In this document: piece by piece, positions 51,287 through 60,925 of the stretch
How positions within the stretch are numbered: the first letter of the stretch is position 1
Layout: each line of letters starts with the position of its first letter
Origin: Escherichia coli
GTDB taxonomy: Bacteria; Pseudomonadota; Gammaproteobacteria; Enterobacterales; Enterobacteriaceae
Assembly (NCBI RefSeq): GCF_024502345.1
Contig: NZ_JALDNN010000001.1
Strand: one strand, 5' to 3'
DNA length: 64,000 nucleotides
Position numbers and translations under genes: made by a program
Notes under the pieces: generated by a model
Told to the model about the DNA's origin: nothing
The model's input: only the letters and a program-made list of their open reading frames with translations
Databases searched by the model: none

Positions 51287-51425
51287 ATATTCCTTGTAAA
51301 AACAGGGATAAACCGAACTAGTTAAAGTTTTTATTATGTTCCCTGCATCAGCGGGGATAAACCGGACTTGTTATCATTTTTTAAGTTGTCGAACTTATGT
51401 TCCCCGCGTCAGCGGGGATAACCAT
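51287..51425 (+). CRISPR. Degenerate CRISPR remnant (about 3 diverged repeats)
   Basis: ATGTTCCCTGCATCAGCGGGGATAAACCG and ATGTTCCCCGCGTCAGCGGGGATAACCAT separated by a 32-bp spacer, preceded by a partial ...CAGGGATAAACCG copy. Confidence 0.75.
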
Positions 51426-51437
51426 TTAGGTATGTTC

Positions 51438-51463
51438 AGGCCGGGCAGTTTTCCGCCCGGCCT
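51438..51463. terminator. GC-rich hairpin downstream of ygcE (no clear T-run)
   Basis: 9-bp stem aggccgggc/gcccggcct with an 8-nt loop. Confidence 0.4.
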
Positions 51464-51470
51464 ACCTCAT

Positions 51471-52949
51471 TCACGCATTCGACCAGCTCTGGATCGAATC
51501 CACATTCCCCAATTCCCCATGCATCACTTCATACGATTTTTTCAGGATCACATCAGTATGTTTGGTTAGGTCTTTGAAAATGCCTTTATTCATCGCGTCG
51601 TAGCGTTTGGCATTGCTCTCAATCGGTATAAAGATATCTTTCACGCGAACCATCTTATCAACAGCCGTTGCGTAATCCGGGTATAGCCCCAGACCTACCG
51701 CTGTATTAATCGCTGCTCCCAGACTTGCACAACCGTTAATGGCGTTACGGCGTGCCGGAAGGTTGAACACGTCGGCAAAAATTTGCATAAACAGATCGCT
51801 GTTCGAACCGCCGCCAGTAATGATCACATGCTTCGCAAAGTGATTCATTTCATTACACATATTGTCGTAATTGTTCTTCAGCGTTAGCGCCACGCTTTCC
51901 AATATCGAACGATATATCCATGCGTAATCCATGCTGGAATCAAAGCCGATCATAATCCCGCGTTTGTACGGTTCCCACGGATTGGTCAGCCAGTCCAGCA
52001 CCGTCATCAGCCCATTACAGCCAGGTGGCACACTAGAGGCTTTCTTGTTGAGTAAATCTTCCGGTGAAAGATCCTGCGCCCTGGCATCCTGAATTAACGA
52101 CTCGCCTAACATGTCACGCAGCCAGCTCACCGTCCACATACCTTTGCGAATACCGTAACCTTCATACAGCAATGTTTGCGGAATAGAAGACATAATCGGC
52201 CAGTACGCCACCGGATCTTTCGGCAGTGCTTTGCCGTTCATCATCAATGCGATGTAAGTGCCAAGAGAAATTACCGCAGTTTCATCATCCAGTAATCCGG
52301 CCCCCAGAGCTTCTACCGGTTTATCACTGGTGGTACAAACAACCGGCAGTCCTGCCGGGAAATGTGTCGCCAGTGCGGCTTGTGGTGTGATATGTCCGAG
52401 GACGGTGCCAGGCATTTGCACATCAAACAGCATATGACGGGGGATATTAAACTTATCCATTACCGCAGCATCTTCGCTCCATGCCCAGCTCTTATAATCC
52501 ACCGGCCACTGACCAAAATAGTTGGCGATATTGTCTTTAAACTCGCCGGTTAAGCGATGCGTCAGATAACCCGAAAAAGAGGTGACATACGCCACGTCAG
52601 GATTCGTATGTTCGTAAGGGCGTGTAACGCGTGCATCCTGCCAGCTAATCAACGGCGCAGCTGGCGTGCCGTCGGCTTTCAATAACGCACGGCAGCAACG
52701 GATGGAGCCCAGGCCGATGCCAACAATATCTTCTTTATTCCCGGCAAACTGGCTCATCAAATCGTGACCTGCAAAACATAATGATGCCCATAAATCGTCG
52801 TCAGGATGTTCTGCAGTATCGGCATAAGGCGTGTGCATCGGCTGTAATAAGCCTTTACCTTCGCAAACCACATTACCTTCCAGATCGTACATCACCACTT
52901 TTGTGCTCTGACTTCCGCCATCAATCCCTATGATGTATTTTTTCGACAT
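51471..52949 (-). CDS. ygcE: FGGY-family carbohydrate kinase YgcE (492 aa)
   Basis: 492-aa ORF MSKKYIIGIDGGSQSTKVVMYD... with actin-like ATPase motifs. Confidence 0.85.
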   Translation of the reverse strand: MSKKYIIGIDGGSQSTKVVMYDLEGNVVCEGKGLLQPMHTPYADTAEHPDDDLWASLCFAGHDLMSQFAGNKEDIVGIGLGSIRCCRALLKADGTPAAPLISWQDARVTRPYEHTNPDVAYVTSFSGYLTHRLTGEFKDNIANYFGQWPVDYKSWAWSEDAAVMDKFNIPRHMLFDVQMPGTVLGHITPQAALATHFPAGLPVVCTTSDKPVEALGAGLLDDETAVISLGTYIALMMNGKALPKDPVAYWPIMSSIPQTLLYEGYGIRKGMWTVSWLRDMLGESLIQDARAQDLSPEDLLNKKASSVPPGCNGLMTVLDWLTNPWEPYKRGIMIGFDSSMDYAWIYRSILESVALTLKNNYDNMCNEMNHFAKHVIITGGGSNSDLFMQIFADVFNLPARRNAINGCASLGAAINTAVGLGLYPDYATAVDKMVRVKDIFIPIESNAKRYDAMNKGIFKDLTKHTDVILKKSYEVMHGELGNVDSIQSWSNA

Positions 52950-52975
52950 GATTTTTCTCCTGTAATTTTCCTGGC

Positions 52976-54253
52976 TTACTTGCTGCTAGCCATTGCGGGG
53001 GCGCTATCAGCAGTACGAATTTTTTGGAACAGCAAAAAGGTAAAGACAATCACCATGGCAAGCGCCGCCATTCCCATCAGCCACATATTGCGGTAGGCTT
53101 CTGCTGCGGGCAGGGTGTCTTGCCAGTGGCCGATAATCGGGTAAACGAAGACATCCGGCAGGAATCCAATCACCGAACAAATACCTACCGTGGTGCCCAT
53201 AATGTAAGACGGTGTTCTCGCTTCGCCAGGGCAGGCCCAGTACAGCCCGCGTGAGGCGTAACAGGTGAATCCCAGCAGTAAAATCAGGCCAATCCCCATC
53301 GCGACCGATTGCGGGTTAGAGTTCGTGACGAGCAGGGCAGTTAACGCCAGCAGGTCGAGTACGGAAAGGATTTGGATCACGCGGGTAGGGGATTTCACTT
53401 TACTGTAGGTGGTGATAATGCCGCCAAGTGGGCCGCACAGCGCGCGGAAGATTTTGTTGATCACAATCCCCATGTAGCTCGCTGCCACCAGCGACATGCC
53501 GTACATTTCGGTCAGATAGTTGGTGGAGTAACTCAGAATGGCGTAGATTGTGAAGACACCAAAAATCACCATGCTGCAATACCAGGTGGTGCTGATACGC
53601 AAAACGGCAAGGATGTCGCTAAGCTGGAATGACTGTTTTTCTTCGTTATTGGCACTGCGCAGGTTGTTGTTATCGCTAACAAAAAACCAGCACAGAATCC
53701 CCAACAAGATGTAAACCACACTGTAGATGATAATGACTGTTTTCAGGCTGGCGCTGTCATCCGGTGCAAAGCGAGAAAAGACCCACATGGTAAACACCGC
53801 CAGCGACATTACACCGACGCCGCGCAGCCCTTCCATCCAGCCCATAATTTTCCCTTGCTCACTATGATCGCCCAGCAACGAGGCGGCTTTAATCGACACC
53901 GACCACAGCATTAAAATCGTCGTTATCGCAAAGGCGACCTGAATACAGAGCATTACCCACAGCGGTGGATACGTTGCCATTAACAGACCCAGTAATCCGG
54001 TAATGATCATCGCGGAAGTAATCATTTTGCGGTGTGAAAATTTATCGGCAATAACGCCGCTGGGGGCATAAAGAATAATAGCCGCAATACCAAAGGTACT
54101 CATTATTAAACCTATCTCGGTATTGCTGAATCCCATAAATTTCGCCATGGGAATTTGATAAATATAACGTAAATAAGCCAGGTCAAAACTAACGCCGCCG
54201 CTAAAACTAATTATCGCGAGGGTTATCCAACGGCGATATGAGTTGTGTTGCAT
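52976..54253 (-). CDS. yqcE: MFS transporter YqcE (425 aa)
   Basis: 425-aa 12-TM-like ORF directly upstream of ygcE on the same strand. Confidence 0.8.
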   Translation of the reverse strand: MQHNSYRRWITLAIISFSGGVSFDLAYLRYIYQIPMAKFMGFSNTEIGLIMSTFGIAAIILYAPSGVIADKFSHRKMITSAMIITGLLGLLMATYPPLWVMLCIQVAFAITTILMLWSVSIKAASLLGDHSEQGKIMGWMEGLRGVGVMSLAVFTMWVFSRFAPDDSASLKTVIIIYSVVYILLGILCWFFVSDNNNLRSANNEEKQSFQLSDILAVLRISTTWYCSMVIFGVFTIYAILSYSTNYLTEMYGMSLVAASYMGIVINKIFRALCGPLGGIITTYSKVKSPTRVIQILSVLDLLALTALLVTNSNPQSVAMGIGLILLLGFTCYASRGLYWACPGEARTPSYIMGTTVGICSVIGFLPDVFVYPIIGHWQDTLPAAEAYRNMWLMGMAALAMVIVFTFLLFQKIRTADSAPAMASSK

Positions 54254-54431
54254 ATCGTATTCCCATTTGTAATAGAAAAAAAAAAGAGAAAAGTAAGCCG
54301 CCCTTTCAGGTGGATTACTTTTCTCAGGTCTCTAGTAATTGCAATAAGAAATAACATGGAAAGCAGAGGTGTTGTGTGAGAGTAATCACGCTTCTGCTTT
54401 TTAAAACTATTTGACAATACGAATATCACAC

Positions 54432-54447
54432 TGTGATTACGATCACA
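54432..54447. promoter_or_regulatory. Consensus CRP site in the yqcE / ygcW divergent intergenic region
   Basis: TGTGA-ttacga-TCACA, perfect match to both half-sites. Confidence 0.6.
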
Positions 54448-54498
54448 TTAGCAGTTATGCCGTTATGCTAAAAATTATCTCCAGTTACCAGAGATAAT

Positions 54499-54547
54499 GA
54501 GAAAGGTAACTTCCCTCTCGCGGGGGAAGTTACCTTTCTTTTTTTTT
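54499..54547 (+). terminator. Strong intrinsic-terminator-like hairpin in the ygcW leader (candidate attenuator)
   Basis: Perfect 16-bp stem agaaaggtaacttccc/gggaagttacctttct, loop tctcgcg, then a T9 run; ends 25 bp before the ygcW ATG. Confidence 0.7.
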
Positions 54548-54571
54548 GCCTTACGGAAATTGGAGCTAACT

Positions 54572-55357
54572 ATGTCAATCGAATCTCTCAATGCGTTCTC
54601 AATGGATTTTTTCTCACTGAAAGGTAAAACCGCAATTGTTACCGGTGGGAATAGCGGTTTAGGCCAGGCATTTGCCATGGCGTTGGCCAAAGCTGGCGCA
54701 AATATCTTTATTCCTAGTTTCGTCAAAGATAACGGCGAAACAAAGGAAATGATTGAAAAACAGGGTGTTGAGGTGGACTTCATGCAGGTGGATATCACCG
54801 CAGAAGGCGCGCCGCAGAAGATTATCGCTGCTTGCTGTGAGCGTTTCGGTACAGTTGATATTCTGGTAAACAATGCCGGTATTTGTAAGCTGAATAAGGT
54901 GCTGGACTTCGGTCGTGCCGACTGGGATCCGATGATTGATGTGAACCTGACCGCCGCATTCGAGTTAAGCTATGAAGCGGCAAAAATTATGATCCCGCAG
55001 AAAAGCGGCAAAATTATTAATATCTGTTCATTGTTCTCTTACTTAGGTGGACAATGGTCACCTGCATATTCTGCCACTAAACATGCTCTTGCCGGATTCA
55101 CCAAAGCTTATTGTGATGAACTAGGTCAATATAATATTCAGGTAAATGGTATTGCCCCTGGCTATTATGCAACAGATATTACGCTGGCGACACGCAGTAA
55201 TCCAGAAACCAATCAGCGCGTTCTTGATCATATTCCGGCAAACCGTTGGGGCGATACTCAGGATTTAATGGGCGCAGCTGTATTCCTCGCAAGTCCGGCT
55301 TCAAATTATGTCAATGGGCATTTATTAGTGGTCGATGGTGGTTATTTAGTGCGCTAA
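54572..55357 (+). CDS. ygcW: Short-chain dehydrogenase/reductase YgcW (261 aa)
   Basis: ORF 54497..55357; start set at MSIESLNAF after a GGAG RBS; SDR motif TGGNSGLG. Confidence 0.85.
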   Translation: MSIESLNAFSMDFFSLKGKTAIVTGGNSGLGQAFAMALAKAGANIFIPSFVKDNGETKEMIEKQGVEVDFMQVDITAEGAPQKIIAACCERFGTVDILVNNAGICKLNKVLDFGRADWDPMIDVNLTAAFELSYEAAKIMIPQKSGKIINICSLFSYLGGQWSPAYSATKHALAGFTKAYCDELGQYNIQVNGIAPGYYATDITLATRSNPETNQRVLDHIPANRWGDTQDLMGAAVFLASPASNYVNGHLLVVDGGYLVR

Positions 55358-55426
55358 TCCATAACGGTGGTTTCTGTTTTCTCTTATTAATGATTATTCC
55401 ATTTTTATTATCAGGAAGGAATTACT

Positions 55427-56881
55427 ATGTCTTTATCTCGCGCAGCGATTGTCGACCAACTAAAGGAAATTGTTGGTGCAGATCGCGTAATTACCGATGA
55501 AACAGTATTAAAGAAGAACAGTATTGACCGTTTTCGTAAATTTCCGGATATTCATGGCATTTATACTTTGCCGATTCCGGCAGCGGTCGTAAAACTCGGT
55601 TCCACAGAGCAAGTATCCCGTGTGCTGAATTTTATGAATGCGCACAAAATTAACGGTGTGCCGCGTACCGGTGCTTCCGCCACCGAAGGTGGGCTGGAAA
55701 CTGTTGTAGAAAACTCGGTGGTGCTCGACGGTTCCGCCATGAATCAAATCATTAATATTGATATTGAGAATATGCAGGCGACGGCGCAATGTGGCGTTCC
55801 CCTGGAAGTGCTGGAAAATGCGTTGCGTGAAAAAGGTTACACCACGGGGCATTCTCCGCAGTCAAAGCCGCTGGCGCAGATGGGCGGCCTGGTAGCAACC
55901 CGCAGTATCGGGCAGTTCTCCACACTCTACGGCGCAATCGAAGATATGGTCGTTGGTCTGGAGGCAGTGTTGGCAGATGGCACCGTCACACGCATTAAAA
56001 ACGTGCCACGCCGCGCGGCTGGCCCGGACATTCGTCACATCATCATCGGCAACGAAGGTGCATTGTGCTATATCACTGAAGTAACAGTGAAAATCTTTAA
56101 ATTCACCCCGGAAAACAACCTCTTCTACGGCTATATCCTGGAAGACATGAAAACCGGCTTCAACATCCTGCGTGAAATCATGGTGGAAGGGTATCGTCCG
56201 TCGATCGCTCGTTTGTATGACGCTGAAGATGGCACCCAACACTTCACCCATTTTGCCGACGGTAAATGTGTGCTGATCTTTATGGCTGAAGGCAATCCTC
56301 GCATTGCGAAGGCGACGGGCGAAGGGATTGCGGAAATCGTTGCCCGCTACCCGCAGTGCCAGCGCGTGGACAGCAAACTGATCGAAACCTGGTTTAACAA
56401 CCTGAACTGGGGACCGGATAAAGTGGCTGCCGAACGTGTGCAGATCCTCAAAACCGGCAACATGGGCTTTACCACTGAAGTGTCCGGCTGCTGGAGCTGC
56501 ATCCACGAAATCTACGAAAGCGTTATTAACCGTATTCGTACTGAGTTCCCGCACGCCGACGACATCACCATGCTGGGCGGTCACTCCTCTCATAGCTATC
56601 ATAACGGCACCAACATGTACTTCGTCTACGATTACAACGTCGTTGACTGTAAGCCGGAAGAGGAAATCGACAAGTACCACAATCCGCTCAACAAGATCAT
56701 CTGTGAAGAAACCATTCGCCTCGGCGGTTCGATGGTGCACCACCACGGTATCGGTAAACATCGCGTTCACTGGAGCAAACTGGAACACGGCAGCGCGTGG
56801 GCGTTGCTGGAAGGGCTGAAAAAGCAGTTCGATCCTAATGGCATTATGAATACGGGTACTATCTATCCGATTGAAAAATAA
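55427..56881 (+). CDS. ygcU: FAD-linked oxidoreductase YgcU (GlcD/vanillyl-alcohol-oxidase superfamily, 484 aa)
   Basis: 484-aa ORF with FAD-binding PCMH-type domain features. Confidence 0.8.
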   Translation: MSLSRAAIVDQLKEIVGADRVITDETVLKKNSIDRFRKFPDIHGIYTLPIPAAVVKLGSTEQVSRVLNFMNAHKINGVPRTGASATEGGLETVVENSVVLDGSAMNQIINIDIENMQATAQCGVPLEVLENALREKGYTTGHSPQSKPLAQMGGLVATRSIGQFSTLYGAIEDMVVGLEAVLADGTVTRIKNVPRRAAGPDIRHIIIGNEGALCYITEVTVKIFKFTPENNLFYGYILEDMKTGFNILREIMVEGYRPSIARLYDAEDGTQHFTHFADGKCVLIFMAEGNPRIAKATGEGIAEIVARYPQCQRVDSKLIETWFNNLNWGPDKVAAERVQILKTGNMGFTTEVSGCWSCIHEIYESVINRIRTEFPHADDITMLGGHSSHSYHNGTNMYFVYDYNVVDCKPEEEIDKYHNPLNKIICEETIRLGGSMVHHHGIGKHRVHWSKLEHGSAWALLEGLKKQFDPNGIMNTGTIYPIEK

Positions 56882-56974
56882 TGTGTCAGGCAGCGTTCCG
56901 CGATGACGGGGCGTTGCCTTTTCGGCTTCTCAGGCGAGAAGCCGTTCTTATTACCGGACAATGAAGGGGTAAAG

Positions 56975-58312
56975 ATGAACACTTCACCGGTGCGAATGGA
57001 TGATTTACCGCTTAACCGTTTTCACTGCCGCATTGCTGCGCTCACTTTCGGCGCACACCTGACCGACGGTTATGTTCTCGGCGTCATTGGTTACGCCATT
57101 ATTCAGCTTACGCCCGCCATGCAACTGACGCCGTTTATGGCGGGAATGATCGGCGGCTCGGCGCTCCTTGGTTTGTTTCTTGGCAGCCTGGTTCTTGGGT
57201 GGATCTCCGACCATATTGGTCGGCAAAAAATCTTCACCTTCAGCTTTTTGCTGATTACGCTCGCTTCGTTCTTGCAATTTTTTGCCACCACGCCAGAGCA
57301 TCTTATTGGGCTGCGCATTTTGATCGGCATTGGGCTGGGAGGCGATTACTCAGTTGGTCACACCTTGCTGGCTGAATTTTCCCCGCGCCGCCATCGCGGT
57401 ATTTTGCTGGGCGCATTCAGCGTGGTGTGGACCGTAGGTTATGTGCTGGCAAGTATTGCCGGACATCACTTTATTTCCGAAAACCCGGAGGCCTGGCGCT
57501 GGCTGCTGGCATCGGCAGCTCTGCCCGCATTGTTGATTACGTTATTACGCTGGGGAACGCCAGAATCGCCACGCTGGCTACTGCGCCAGGGGCGTTTTGC
57601 AGAAGCTCACGCTATCGTGCATCGCTATTTTGGTCCCCATGTTTTACTGGGCGATGAAGTGGCAACGGCGACCCATAAACACATCAAAACCTTGTTCTCT
57701 TCGCGCTACTGGCGGCGTACGGCGTTTAACAGCGTCTTCTTTGTCTGCCTCGTAATTCCATGGTTTGTGATTTATACCTGGCTGCCAACTATCGCCCAGA
57801 CTATTGGACTGGAAGATGCGCTGACTGCCAGCCTGATGCTTAATGCGTTGTTAATTGTGGGCGCGCTGCTGGGATTAGTTCTGACGCACCTGCTGGCACA
57901 TCGCAAGTTTTTGCTGGGAAGTTTTTTGCTGCTGGCGGCAACGCTGGTAGTGATGGCCTGTTTGCCTTCCGGCAGTTCATTAACGCTACTGCTTTTTGTT
58001 CTCTTCAGCACCACCATTTCGGCAGTCAGTAATCTGGTGGGCATTTTGCCTGCGGAAAGTTTTCCTACTGACATTCGCTCGCTGGGCGTCGGTTTTGCCA
58101 CCGCCATGAGTCGGTTGGGGGCGGCGGTAAGTACTGGCCTGCTGCCGTGGGTGCTGGCGCAGTGGGGAATGCAAGTTACCTTATTGATCCTGGCGGCAGT
58201 GTTGTTAGTTGGTTTTGTCGTGACCTGGCTATGGGCACCAGAAACCAAAGCACTCCCGCTGGTGGCGGCGGGAAATGTAGGAGGTGCGAATGAACATTCT
58301 GTTAGCGTTTAA
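56975..58312 (+). CDS. ygcS: MFS sugar-porter-like transporter YgcS (445 aa)
   Basis: ORF 56903..58312; start set at MNTSPVRMDDLPLNRF; sugar-porter-like motifs. Confidence 0.8.
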   Translation: MNTSPVRMDDLPLNRFHCRIAALTFGAHLTDGYVLGVIGYAIIQLTPAMQLTPFMAGMIGGSALLGLFLGSLVLGWISDHIGRQKIFTFSFLLITLASFLQFFATTPEHLIGLRILIGIGLGGDYSVGHTLLAEFSPRRHRGILLGAFSVVWTVGYVLASIAGHHFISENPEAWRWLLASAALPALLITLLRWGTPESPRWLLRQGRFAEAHAIVHRYFGPHVLLGDEVATATHKHIKTLFSSRYWRRTAFNSVFFVCLVIPWFVIYTWLPTIAQTIGLEDALTASLMLNALLIVGALLGLVLTHLLAHRKFLLGSFLLLAATLVVMACLPSGSSLTLLLFVLFSTTISAVSNLVGILPAESFPTDIRSLGVGFATAMSRLGAAVSTGLLPWVLAQWGMQVTLLILAAVLLVGFVVTWLWAPETKALPLVAAGNVGGANEHSVSV

Positions 58313-59069
58313 AGCCGAACCGGATGCCGGAATGCTGGCGGAAAAAGAGTGGCAGGCGGCGGCTCAGGGTAATAGCGGACCGGATGTTTCGCTACTGCGA
58401 AGTTTACTCGGTGCTGATGAACAGGCTGCCGCCGCGCTGCTGTTGGCGCAGATAAAAAACGGTACGCCGATGTCTTTAACCGCGTTGAGCATGGGGGATG
58501 AACGGGCGTTACACTGGCTGCGCTATCTCATGGCTCTTGGGTTTGAGGAAGCTGTATTGCTGGAGACGGCGGCAGATCTGCGCTTTGCACCGGAATTTGT
58601 CGCTCGCCATATTGCCGAATGGCAGCGTCAGAATCCGCTGGATCTGATAATTACCGGCTGCCAAAGCAGCGAAGGGCAGAATTGGCAAACGCCATTTTTG
58701 CTGGCGGAAATGCTGGGCTGGCCCTGCTTCACCCAGGTGGAGCGTTTCACTCTCGACGCGCCGTTTATCACCCTCGAACAGCGTACTGAACATGGGTTGC
58801 GTTGTTGCCGGGTTCGCTTGCCTGCGGTGATTGCCGTGCGCCAGTGTGGTGAAGTGGCCTTGCCAGTACCGGGAATGCGCCAGCGAATGGCTGCGGGGAA
58901 AGCGGAAATTATCCGTAAAACTGTTGCTGCCGAATTGCCAGCGATGCAGTGTCTGCAACTGGCAAGAGCAGAGCAACGACGCGGAGCGACGCTGATTGAT
59001 GGGAAAACGGTAGCAGAAAAAGCGCAAAAGCTATGGCAGGACTATTTACGCCAAAGGATGCAGCCATGA
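58290..59069 (+). CDS. ygcR: Electron transfer flavoprotein beta-subunit-like protein YgcR (FixA-like)
   Basis: 259-aa ORF overlapping the ygcS 3' end; ETF-beta-like. Confidence 0.75.
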   Translation: MNILLAFKAEPDAGMLAEKEWQAAAQGNSGPDVSLLRSLLGADEQAAAALLLAQIKNGTPMSLTALSMGDERALHWLRYLMALGFEEAVLLETAADLRFAPEFVARHIAEWQRQNPLDLIITGCQSSEGQNWQTPFLLAEMLGWPCFTQVERFTLDAPFITLEQRTEHGLRCCRVRLPAVIAVRQCGEVALPVPGMRQRMAAGKAEIIRKTVAAELPAMQCLQLARAEQRRGATLIDGKTVAEKAQKLWQDYLRQRMQP

Positions 59070-59926
59070 ATATCGCAATTGTGACAATAAATCAGGAGAA
59101 TGCCGCATTAGCGGGCTGGCTGGCGGCGCAGGATTTCAGCGGTTGTACCCTGGCGCACTGGCAAATAGAACCACAGCCCGTAGTGGTGGAACAGGTGCTG
59201 GATGCGCTGGTGGAACAGTGGAAGCGAACGCCTACGGACGTTGTTCTCTTTCCGCAGGGAACGTTTGGCGATGAACTGTCGACCCGGCTGGCCTGGCGTT
59301 TACATGGTGCAAGCATCTGCCAGGTGACTTCGTTAGATATTCCAACCGTAAGCGTGCGCAAATCCCACTGGGGAAATGCGCTAACGGCGACGCTGCAAAC
59401 AGAAAAACGCCCGCTATGCCTTTCCCTGGCGCGTCAGGCGGGAGCAGAGAAAAACGCCACGTTGCCCTCTGGTATGCAGCAACTGAACATTGTCCCAGGT
59501 GCGCTTCCCGACTGGCTGGTTAGCATAGAGAATCTGAAAAATGTTAGCCGCGACCCATTAGCTGAAGCCAGACGGGTGCTGGTGGTGGGGCAGGGCGGAG
59601 AGGCAGATAACCAGGAAATCGCTATGCTGGCAGAAAAGCTGGGAGCCGAAGTGGGCTACAGTCGGGCGCGAGTGATGAACGGTGGCGTTGATGCTGAAAA
59701 AGTGATTGGTATTTCCGGACATCTGCTGGCACCTGAGGTGTGTATTGTTGTTGGCGCTTCTGGCGCAGCAGCGTTAATGGCGGGCGTACGCAATAGCAAG
59801 TTTGTGGTGGCGATTAATCATGACGCCAGCGCAGCGGTATTTTCACAGGCAGATGTTGGCGTGGTTGATGACTGGAAAGTGGTGCTGGAGGCACTGGTGA
59901 CAAACATTGACGCAGAATGCCAATAA
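59066..59926 (+). CDS. ygcQ: Electron transfer flavoprotein alpha-subunit-like protein YgcQ (FixB-like, 286 aa)
   Basis: ORF 59033..59926; start set at MNIAIVTINQ, overlapping the ygcR stop (ATGA). Confidence 0.75.
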   Translation: MNIAIVTINQENAALAGWLAAQDFSGCTLAHWQIEPQPVVVEQVLDALVEQWKRTPTDVVLFPQGTFGDELSTRLAWRLHGASICQVTSLDIPTVSVRKSHWGNALTATLQTEKRPLCLSLARQAGAEKNATLPSGMQQLNIVPGALPDWLVSIENLKNVSRDPLAEARRVLVVGQGGEADNQEIAMLAEKLGAEVGYSRARVMNGGVDAEKVIGISGHLLAPEVCIVVGASGAAALMAGVRNSKFVVAINHDASAAVFSQADVGVVDDWKVVLEALVTNIDAECQ

Positions 59927-59970
59927 CGTGCTGCCGGATGATCCTGCCTACGGTTCTGGACTGGGGACCT

Positions 59971-60007
59971 GTAGGCCTGATAAGACGCGTTAAGCGTCGC
60001 ATCAGGC
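59971..60007. repeat. REP element between convergent ygcQ and ygcP
   Basis: gtaggcctgataagacgcgttaagcgtcgcatcaggc. Confidence 0.75.
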
Positions 60008-60072
60008 GCTGAAGGTCGGATGTGGCATGCAGCCTACAAATCACACAAATTCAATTCGTTACGATTATCCCG

Positions 60073-60648
60073 TCAAAGCAATTTTTTAGCTAACGTCCAG
60101 ACTCCGGTATTCGTGGTGGAAAGCGCCACGACACCCGCGTTAATCGCATTACGCGCATTTTCTTCATCGCATACCAGCCCGCCAGCAATCAGCGGTTGAC
60201 GGATTTTCTCCGTCACCCAGCCCAGCACTTTGGGCATACAGCCAGGCAGGATCTCAATACAATCCGGATTCGATTGCGCAACTTGCTTATCAATGTTGTG
60301 AAACGAAATTGAATCAACAATAAACAGGCGATGAATACAGAAAAAACCTTCCGCTCTTGCCGCTTTCAGCATTGAGGCTTTGGTACTGATAATTCCGTCC
60401 GCCTCGGTCACCAGTTTCAAAAACTGAATCACGACTTCTTTATTTGACGCGCCTTCCAGCAAATCAACATGAATAAAAGCATATTTCCCGGCGTTCTTAA
60501 TCTTTTTAACGATATTACTGATGGTGCAGATATTGCCGTACAACACGGAAATAAACTGGCATTCAGAGTCGATTGCCAGTTGCAGGCTGGCATTATCTTT
60601 AACGGCAGCAATCACCGGATTCTGGCGGAGCAGGTGTAAGAGGGGCAT
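60073..60648 (-). CDS. ygcP: GlpP-family putative RNA-binding antiterminator YgcP (191 aa)
   Basis: 191-aa ORF recognised as belonging to the glycerol-3-phosphate responsive antiterminator (GlpP) family. Confidence 0.75.
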   Translation of the reverse strand: MPLLHLLRQNPVIAAVKDNASLQLAIDSECQFISVLYGNICTISNIVKKIKNAGKYAFIHVDLLEGASNKEVVIQFLKLVTEADGIISTKASMLKAARAEGFFCIHRLFIVDSISFHNIDKQVAQSNPDCIEILPGCMPKVLGWVTEKIRQPLIAGGLVCDEENARNAINAGVVALSTTNTGVWTLAKKLL

Positions 60649-60664
60649 AAATTATCCTTTTTAC

Positions 60665-60925
60665 TTATCCAAAGCGGTAGGTGATGCCGAATCCGGAAGG
60701 CGGATAGCGCCACTGTTGTAGTGTTTTTTCGTCGCACAGCAAACGGCAGGTGCCACACTCCAGGCAGCCGTGATAATCAACGCGTAAGTCACCTTCCGGT
60801 GTGAGCGAAAAAAGACCAGCCGGACAAGCGTTAATCAACCGTTGTACCGTCTGGCGCTCAACGGAGTCAGCCGGAACAATGTGCGGCGCATCGGCAACGC
60901 GCCAGAGATTACGGGCTACAGACAT
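60665..60925 (-). CDS. ygcO: Ferredoxin-like protein YgcO (FixX-like, 86 aa)
   Basis: Cys-rich short ORF (CPAGLF...CLECGTC); overlaps the ygcN 3' end. Confidence 0.75.
   Translation of the reverse strand: MSVARNLWRVADAPHIVPADSVERQTVQRLINACPAGLFSLTPEGDLRVDYHGCLECGTCRLLCDEKTLQQWRYPPSGFGITYRFG

Noticed and set aside
55862-56788. 308-aa ORF on the minus strand
   Set aside because: Antisense to ygcU; no RBS and overlaps a well-supported gene.
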